From assembly GCA_051294375.1 (NCBI GenBank), contig JBJCIZ010000239.1, forward strand, positions 3,654,461 to 3,718,460: a stretch of 64,000 nucleotides of DNA, in the 5' to 3' direction. The position numbers and the translations under genes are program-made. Below are positions 56,180-64,000 of the stretch, piece after piece (the stretch's first letter is position 1; every line of letters starts with the position of its first letter). Below the pieces are notes generated by a model. The model ran no database searches. It was not told the origin of the DNA and saw only the letters and a list, made by a program, of their open reading frames with translations. The stretch is from Paraspadella gotoi. Taxonomy: Eukaryota; Animalia; Chaetognatha.

Positions 56180-56868
56180 TTGACGCATTGGGGTGATAAG
56201 AGAACGCCATGAGCAAAATAAATATAAAAAAAAATATTAATTTACTTTAAGAAAAAATTAATTATGCCTTGAAAAAGAATGTACTGTTTCGCTTTAAAAA
56301 AAATGATTATATAATTAAAAAAAATATTTGTTTACAAATGAAGAGTTGTATTGGCAAAAAACGATCGAATCGAGAGAATTTTGAGAGAGAAAAAAAAAAA
56401 AATTTTGGCAAAAAAGCGTAAAAGTTCTACTTTTTGAGTCTGATTTAAATAAAATTAATAAAAAAAAATGGGTTTGACATTAAAAATTCGTTTCGTGCGA
56501 ATTAATTGGAGAAGTAGTTATATTCCTTTTTTGTTTTTTTGTTTTTTTTTTTTTATGATTTTTGTTATCGTTTTTTTTATATTTTTCACGTCGAGCCTCA
56601 CCACGTGTTGGACGCAACAAAGTTTCAGAGTAAGAATGATTTATTCTTCAACAACGTTATAAAACAATAACAGTCAAAATGCTTCAGATGCAAGTCTATT
56701 ACAATTGGTATTTTTACAAAGCGGGACGTCAACGTTTGACCATAAAAGCGTGCAACCGTTTAATTGACATAAATTAAGTTGGGCTGTAGGGAAATGAGCG
56801 AGTAAGGTTGGGATAAGTCATGTGTTTGAACCAAAGGTTGCGATAGTATCATAAGAATTCTACACACA
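56180..56868 (-). repeat. 5' LTR of the Gypsy element
   Basis: AT-rich direct repeat of 47240-48088; its right end (...cacaca) coincides with resumption of host sequence shared with 62968 onward; left end uncertain (56178-56210). Confidence 0.7.
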
Positions 56869-56907
56869 ATTCATTTTATTATAAGATTTATGATATCAAT
56901 CTATTAC

Positions 56908-59518
56908 CGGACAGAGAAGAAGATGGTAAAAAACTGTTCCCACTGCAAAAGAACAGTTGGCAGAGTAAAAAAGAGCCAAGAAGAGATGGGCCGACCCCAA
57001 AAAATGGCAAAAAAAAAAAATAAATTGGCAAAAAAGGAAATGATGCGCGAAAATCTCCTTAACCCGAGTTCGATTCTTTTTTTAAGGCCTCTTCAATGAA
57101 GCGTACTTAAGGGACGGAACGTGGCCGGAAAGCAGGTATTCCTGATGGGCGGGCGGAACGGTATTCGTGGGCAGGCGGAAGCTTGTAATTCGTTGGGCAA
57201 AGGGAAAGCGGATTAAAGCGGATGGCTCAGTGAGGCGATGGAGTTACTCAAGTCGATTCTTTATTTATCGGGGAGAAGAGGAATTAATTTACCGTGAAAA
57301 CTATTGATTCTATTTTTCCCTATTATCGTCGTCGTTCATCGTTCGTAGTCGTACGTCGTTTGTTGTCATGTTTTGGTTAACTTCCCGTTACTTTTGAACG
57401 AACGAAACACGAAATATCACAAACGCTAACCGGTAACGTTTCTTTTTGAGAAAAAGGGTTATCGAGTTAATCGGACCCTCGTTGCTGCATACATTGACGT
57501 GGCACGTTACATCACCGGGCAACCAGGTGGATGGAATGGCGAACTCGACCCAGCAAGCATCCCTGAGCGAAAAATTGCCCAGACCTAATTTGCACTATAA
57601 AGTCTGCTGCGAGGCCTATCACACCGTCAGAGGACACTTACTAGTCCCTATTTTTCACCTTCACTTTCAAACACACACTCCTACAGGTTAATGGAGCGTC
57701 GAACAAGAGTCGCATCAATTCGTACCTTTGTTCAATGGGAACTACTTCCTCTCGATCGGGACACTTGGCAATACTGAGAACCTGTAACCGGAGGCCCATT
57801 CTCTGGCGAAATCACCGTCAGTCATGGACATCTACCCGGTAGGGGATCCCGACTCCTCAGTTACTACTCGGCGGAAACGTGAGGACGGCCGGAAACCGTA
57901 CAACCGCCCAGGACCGCTCCATTGCATCTTGAGCGCACAGAACGATACGGAATAAACTCTAAAAACTCGTCTGTCGGTTGAGATCCGTAACCGGCAACAC
58001 TTTCCTCTTCGTCAAAACCTAAATTTGAAAAATGTCTCTTGAAGAACAAAAACTAGTAACTCGTTAAACCTCATTTTCCTTCTCATTTTCTCTTTATTTT
58101 ATTTTTCCTTTAGTCGCGAGCGAGACCGCGACTCCACACAACAGACGCCTTTTGGGTCTGTCTGTTCTATCTGGCAATATAAAAAAATCATAAGAGTGAT
58201 TCTTATCTTTTTAAAAAATTATATATTCTAATATTCATCAAAATAATGGTATTGAAGGCTCTTCCTATCTGCGCGGTTTTGAATTTAAAAAAAAAAAGAA
58301 ACAAGTGACGACCGGAGCACCCCCGTGTTACTAAGACCTGAACAATAAATTTTTTTTTTAAAACTATTAGGGAAAAATACAACACAGTAAATGTTTGCAC
58401 TCTTTGTTCATTTCAATTAAAAAAAATCATTGTTTATCAACAAATTTATTATTAAATACTTCTTTATTATAAAACATTTATCAGTTTATTTTCTTGTACA
58501 TCAATATTTTATATCAACATTTTTCTGTTATGTAAAAATAAAAAAAGACAAATATCAAGGGAAAGAAAAAAAAAGATCAATTAAAAAAAACTGAGCGAGC
58601 GCGGACATTCATTGAACGCTACATTCAACTTCCTTTTTTTAGGTTTGCACCGGATGTCACTTTTTTGTGCGGTTTCCGTTGGTTCAGTCCCACTTACGTA
58701 AAAATTTGCTCATAACTTGCATAATAGTTTGTTTGATCATTTGTTAAAACAGTAAAAAAAAAAATAAAATATTAAGGGACTGCAAGACTAAGAAATTTAT
58801 TCATAGTCATGTAGTCACTGTCATGTCACGTTTATGTACGTGTCATTAAGGCAGTCACGCGGCCGCAACACAATTTCTAAATTACCGTTCTTGTTTATAT
58901 ATCTTTCCCTCGTCTCTTCCTTTATTTTTCTTTTTTTCGTTTCAACCCGAGGAATCGGCGGTAACGAAAAAGAGAAAAATAGTACGATTGAAAAAAGTAG
59001 AAAAAAAATAGTTGTTGTTGTTGTTGTTGTTGTTTTCTGCTCTTGCTTGCTTCTTCTAATTACTGATGATTAGATTATATAGAGTATACAACGATAAGAA
59101 CATAGTTGTATAGAGAGAAATATTTATTATAGATTATATATAAGTATAAGATATTATATTGTTGTTTCATTAATCGTTTGTTTTTCGTCCAGTTTAATAT
59201 ATAATATGATAATGATATATACTATAATATTCATAATGAGAGATATATTATATAATATTCTAGCCCATTATATATACATAATAGATATATTAATTATAAA
59301 TACACACACATATATCATGCCTCTCCTGCTTCCTCTTCTTTCCTTAAAAAGCCTCCAGCCACGGAACCGTACTCGTTTTTTCGCTCGGATGCCCCTCGAC
59401 CCGATGCGCCAGGGTTGAGTGAGGTAAGTTCACTTGTTCTTCGCTTAAAATGAGCGAAGGTTGAGTTAGGTTCTCGAAAGGTACCAAGCGACAGCGGGAC
59501 TATCGCCGGGGTTTAACC
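56908..59518 (-). CDS. Noisy exons of an FN3/Ig-like single-pass membrane protein (copy 1)
   Basis: 59330-59518 reads VPFENLTQPSLILSEEQVNLPHSTLAHRVE..RAKNEYGS; 57730-58018 contains VTDL and NGA; 57440-57647 is the Ig-like exon; 56908-57260 is Pro-rich then hydrophobic. Many indels. Confidence 0.4.
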
Positions 59519-59762
59519 TTTTGTTTTTGTTTTTTTTTCATTTTTTGTTTTCGTTGTTTTTTTTGTTTAGTTTTCTGTTTTCTTTTTTCGCGTCTGAGGA
59601 GAAAGAAATAAAGAGGTAGAAAACCTGGAAGAGAGAAACGCATGCGTTGAGCGCCAAACGACGTATTTTGGGTCCATTGACTCTTTCATGACACAATGAA
59701 ATGTTACTAGTCTATTCCTTCTTTCTTCTTTCTTTCTTTCTTTTCTTTCTTTCTTTCTTTTT

Positions 59763-59801
<39 letters not shown>

Positions 59802-61769
59802 CTTTGTCTATCTTTTTTCACTAGATTTTTTGTCTTAATTCTTTTTTTATTTTAACATCCTTCGTTCCTACTGTCGGCTTAGTACCGCCCTCCACTTCCA
59901 TTATTACGGTCCTCTCTCCTCTCTCTACTCTCTCTCTCTTGCTCTCTCTCTCTCTCTTCTCTCTCTCCCTCTCTCTCTCTCTGCTCACTCTCAATTGCTG
60001 TTTACAGCCTTTATGCTTCGTCTACTATTGGCCTCCCCTAAACGGCCGCCCGCCTACGAATCACGCGAGAATTAAAAAAAAAACCAAAATGGACAACACG
60101 ACGTGCGCGTGTATTCAGTCGATAATCCAGATTCGCTCCGCCATAAAAAACAGCTTCTCTTCTTATATCATTGCGGGGAAATATTGATTTAAATGGGAAT
60201 TAGGCGGTTATGCGGTATGACAATTGGAAACAACCAATATAAAATTATTATTAATCCAATAACTATTGAATATTTTCGCCTGACTTTGTGAGAACCTGGG
60301 CCTCATATAACCTCATTATATTGTGTATACGACTGCTTAAACATCCGAAAAATACGCGAAACTGTTAGTTTTCTAGAGTTTAAAAATAATGATTTATAAT
60401 TATGAGAGCTCGAAATTAAATACATATCTGTTTAACAGTCGGCTACTTAGTGAGCTTAAGCCTGCAACGACGACACCCTCCTCCTGTGGCCAGCTCGTGT
60501 CCGCTCAAAACCGTTGTCCGGCCCAATTCCCGGTCGCAAAATCAGGTCTCGGTGTTGATTAAGGGGACGGCTGGGTTGGTGAATTTTCACTAAAATAAGG
60601 GACGTGCCTGGGTGGTAAATTTCACTAAAATTTTTGAACAGTCCGCATGCAAACATCGACAAAAATAGTGTTATCGTATTGCAAAAGGAAAAGTATATAC
60701 CTCCGATTGGCCGGTTCAAATTGTCATCGAATAGCTGCTCTTTGTGTCTTAATCATTCTCACGTTTTTATTCATATTTTGTAGAAATCCTTTTACAACAT
60801 CCCAAATACGTCGACCAAGTTGGATCAGAGAAATGTAAATTTTTTTTACTGCGTTGGCCAAAAGAGAAGAAACTGATTTTTATATCTTTTTCTTTTTTGT
60901 AATTTTGATTGTAATCTTTATTTATTTGCCGGCGAGTTTCCAGTTGTCCACATTTTTAAGAGAGAAAAAAAACAGATAGAGAAAAAAATATAAAAAAGAT
61001 GGCTTTAATTCAAAACAGTTTATGTTTCGTGCAACGGACGTAATTTCATTTAAAAATTCTTACTGCAATTTTTTTTTTTTTTTGAAAATGAAGTGGGGCC
61101 GTAAGTCTGTCAATAAGCTTCCGTTATAATCCAATCTCTCTCTACTCTACGTCTTATACATTTTTTCCGAATTTTGTCGCCCTCGTTCTGTCTTCCGCAC
61201 AATTTATGTTTATACTAAACAGAATTCTTTATTGTCCCAGTAAAAACGGAGGTCTTTTGAGATTGATTGAAAGGCGTTAAGGGAGTAAAGTATCTGATGA
61301 TAAGTAAAGGGTCAACACAAGGTGGTAAAATGAAAATAGGTGACGAGGAGATAGTTGATAATGAAACCTAAGGAGGCTAAATATAGTAAGGTAAGATAGA
61401 TAAGATTAAGTGATAAGTTAATAAAGGGTTATAAAGTGATGGAGATGACAAAAGGGGGCAGAGGGCGAACAGACGTCTCGGAATACCTTCAAAGAGGCGT
61501 TTACGCCGAAACGGGTTTCGTGTATGTGTAATCGGGACGCGGATGTTCGAAGGTCCTTCGTCTTGGTCTCATGAGGCGGCCAGAAAGTCGAGGTTGGATA
61601 GGGTTGGAAGATATAGAGCTGGAAAATATTAGAGAAAGAGAGAACAGGTGAAAAGAAAAGAAGAGGAGAGAAGAGAGAGAGAGAAGGAGAGTAAAGAGAG
61701 AATGAGGAGAGAAGAGAGAGAAGAAACTGAGAGGAGAGAGAGACNNNNNNNNNNNNNNNNNNNNNNNNN

Positions 61770-64000
61770 TCGAGGCCGGGAAGAACCTATATTTTTTTTC
61801 TATCTCTCAAAAAGGAAGAGGAAATGAGGTTTTCGTGGAAGAATGAAGACAAAAGAACAATTGGGTCACGGGAGGTCAAATATGATGGAAGTGTGGCGAA
61901 TCCTAAATTCGCCTCCCGTATAGCTTGGCTTGGACAGCTAAGTACTCGTTCACCAACCTTGAGTTCAGGGTTCAATCCCCTCCCGGTCACGCCAGTGACA
62001 TGGGTTGGTCACTGCAGGTCCAAAGCCCTGAGCGCCAGCTGTCGGGAGATGCCTCACACCCCAGGCATCACACATGTCCGTCCGTTGCCATAGAATCTTA
62101 CTTCTGAGTCCCGACTATTAAAACAACAAAACGTTTTACAGATTTACTGTTACTTTTTAGTTATTCTTCCTTTTCGTTGTACATGTTGTACATGTACAAT
62201 ATAAACTATTTAAACCTACCTTTCTGTAGTTAGTATTTCATAATTAAAAAAAAACTACGATCTAAGTTTAATTTCGTTTAGTTTACAAAAAAAAAATTAA
62301 TGTAACTGTTAAATAAGTAGTTCAGTTATGAAAAAATAAAGATGTTTCTAGATTTAAAAAAAAAAAAGAAAATAAGAAAAAAAGAAAAGCGACGGCGTGA
62401 AACAATTATTATGAGCGAAGGTTGAGGAGGTTAAGTCGGCGTGACGGACGATGGAGCCTCGCTTCCATCCAGGTGGTCATTCTGGTCAGGCCCGGTCAGA
62501 CCTGGTCACCTCCCCCCTCTTCCTCCCCTTACTTTTACCCTCTCTCCCGCTCTTCCTCTCTTTTTCTCCCACCCTTTTTAAACAACAAGGCACTGTGGTC
62601 TGCTAAATAGGACAGCCTCGAGAGTGAGGACGAATTCCTTTCAAGTCAATAATTCAATTTAAATTTCATATAACGTGTTTTAAACGTTCATGTAATATTT
62701 TTTATTTGTATTTACGAGATAATTGATAATAAAACTTAACATCTTTTTACAGTTACGAGAGTTATATAGTTACGTAGCGATGAAATGCCCACTTATATCT
62801 TGTATTACAAGTTGTAATAAGGAGTCTTGTAAGTAAAATTTAGAAATTTTTTTTTTTTCTGTTTTAGTACAACTTAAGGGGACAAAGGAATTTTTATAAA
62901 TTTGGGATTTTAAAGGAGCTTGAAAATTAAAAATACTTTAATATTATACATATCATAATATTATTAATTTATTATAGATTTTATTATTTATCATCTTTAC
63001 CAGGCGAGAAGAAAGTGGTAAAAAACTGTTCCCACTGCAAAGAACAGTGGCAGAGTAAAAAAGAGCAAGAAGAAGATGGCCGACCCCAAAAAATGGCAAA
63101 AAGAACAAAAAAAAATAATGGCAAAAAGGAAAGATGGCGAAAATCTCCTTAACCCGAGTTCGTCTTTTTTTTTGGCCTCTTCAATGAAGCGTCGAGGGCG
63201 GAAGCGGCGGAAGCGACGTCGTGGGCGGCGGAAGCGGTATTCGTGGGCAGCGGAAGCGGTATTCGTTGGCAAAAGGAGGCGGATAAAGCGGTGGCTCAGG
63301 AGGCGATGGAGTACTCAAGTCGATTCTTTATTATGGAGAAAGGGAATTAATTGCGGTGAATAACTATTGATTCTATTTTTCCCTATTCTCGTCGTCGTCA
63401 TCGTCGTAGTCGTCGTCGTTGTTGTCATTGTTTGGTTACTTCCCGTTACTTGAACAAAACAACGAAATATCACAAACCGCTAACCGCTAACGCTTCTTTT
63501 GAGCAAAAGGGTTTCGGGTTCCGGCCCTCGTGGTAGCCAGGTGGATGGATGCGGAACTCCGGCAGCCAAGCATCTGAGCGAAAAATTGCCCAGACCTACT
63601 TTGCATATAAAGTGTGGAGGCTATCCACACCGTCAGAGGGACACTTATAGTCCTATTTTTATTTACTTAAAACAATTAAGTTATGATCGAAAGAGTCGAT
63701 CAATTGTTACTTTGTTCAATGGAATACTTCTCTCGTCGGGCATTGCAATATGAGAATGTAACCCGGAGGCCCATTTGGGAAATACCGTCAGCTCATGACC
63801 ATTAGGTACCGGGATCGATCCTCAAGGTTACCTACTCGGCGGGAAACGTGAGGACGGCCGTAAACCGTAAACCGCCCAGACCCGCTCCATTGCATCTGAG
63901 GCGCACAGAAGATACGGAATAAACTTAAAACTCTGTCTGTCGGTTGAGATCCGTAACCGGAACATCTTTCCTCCTTTCTGTCAAAACCTAATTTGAAAAT
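61770..64000 (+). repeat. Second copy of 46140-47230 joined directly to 56870-58030 (empty-site version of the locus)
   Basis: Collinear matches on both sides, e.g. aacttaaggggacaa...ggagcttgaaaat then ggtaaaaaactgttcccactgcaaa; begins after a 25-N gap. Confidence 0.9.
63001..63987 (-). CDS. Exons of the FN3/Ig-like membrane protein (copy 2)
   Basis: 63711-63987: VTDL...FRI...NGAGLG (FN3 end); short GT-AG intron 63653-63710; 63492-63652: GNFSLRCLAAGVPHPSTW (Ig I-set CxAxGxPxP..W); 63001-63325: TPSPPEPPLYPPP...LGSAIFFLLFFTL then gtaaag. Confidence 0.45.

Larger units (their letters stand above)
47240..56868 (-). mobile_element. Full-length Ty3/Gypsy LTR retrotransposon (CsRN1-like), heavily error-laden
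   Basis: Minus-strand motifs in gag-PR-RT-RH-INT order between direct repeats; polypurine tract GGGGGG at 48093-48098 next to the left LTR; element missing from the duplicate locus near 62940-62970. Confidence 0.9.

Noticed and set aside
47240-56868. Endogenous DNA virus or bacterial contaminant (GC-rich, short ORFs on both strands)
   Set aside because: Explained by a Gypsy element plus interleaved reverse-complement flank sequence.

Overview
Eukaryotic (animal, probably invertebrate) draft genomic DNA: AT-rich, dense in microsatellites, with many N gaps and long stretches of indel-rich, uncorrected long-read fill (three gaps of exactly 25 N at 40545, 43575 and 61745 look like PBJelly-style overfilled gaps). 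The supplied ORF track is almost all low-complexity noise because the real genes are spliced. Reading exons by hand gives: (1) a divergent class A GPCR of the FMRFamide-receptor-like/Srw type on the minus strand (about 33.3 kb down to 2.4 kb), with phase-consistent exons for TM2-TM5, half of TM6 and TM7/helix 8; (2) nested antisense in the largest intron of that GPCR, a two-exon gene for a 79-aa secreted precursor (signal peptide, propeptide, then an acidic C-X3-C-X9-C-X3-C peptide) that needs two single-base homopolymer corrections - the most interesting item; (3) a full-length Ty3/Gypsy (CsRN1-like) LTR retrotransposon on the minus strand (about 47240-56868) that is absent from a second copy of the same locus at 61770-64000, with its sequence interleaved with the reverse complement of its own right flank (a read artefact); (4) noisy exons of an FN3/Ig-like single-pass membrane protein; (5) a short LTR followed by a 40-nt copy of the CCA-bearing 3' end of tRNA-Leu, a regularly spaced CCAAT cluster, LINE/SINE/MITE remnants and minisatellites. 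No CRISPR, rRNA or prokaryotic system is supported. All family assignments come from motif recognition by eye; no database searches were run.
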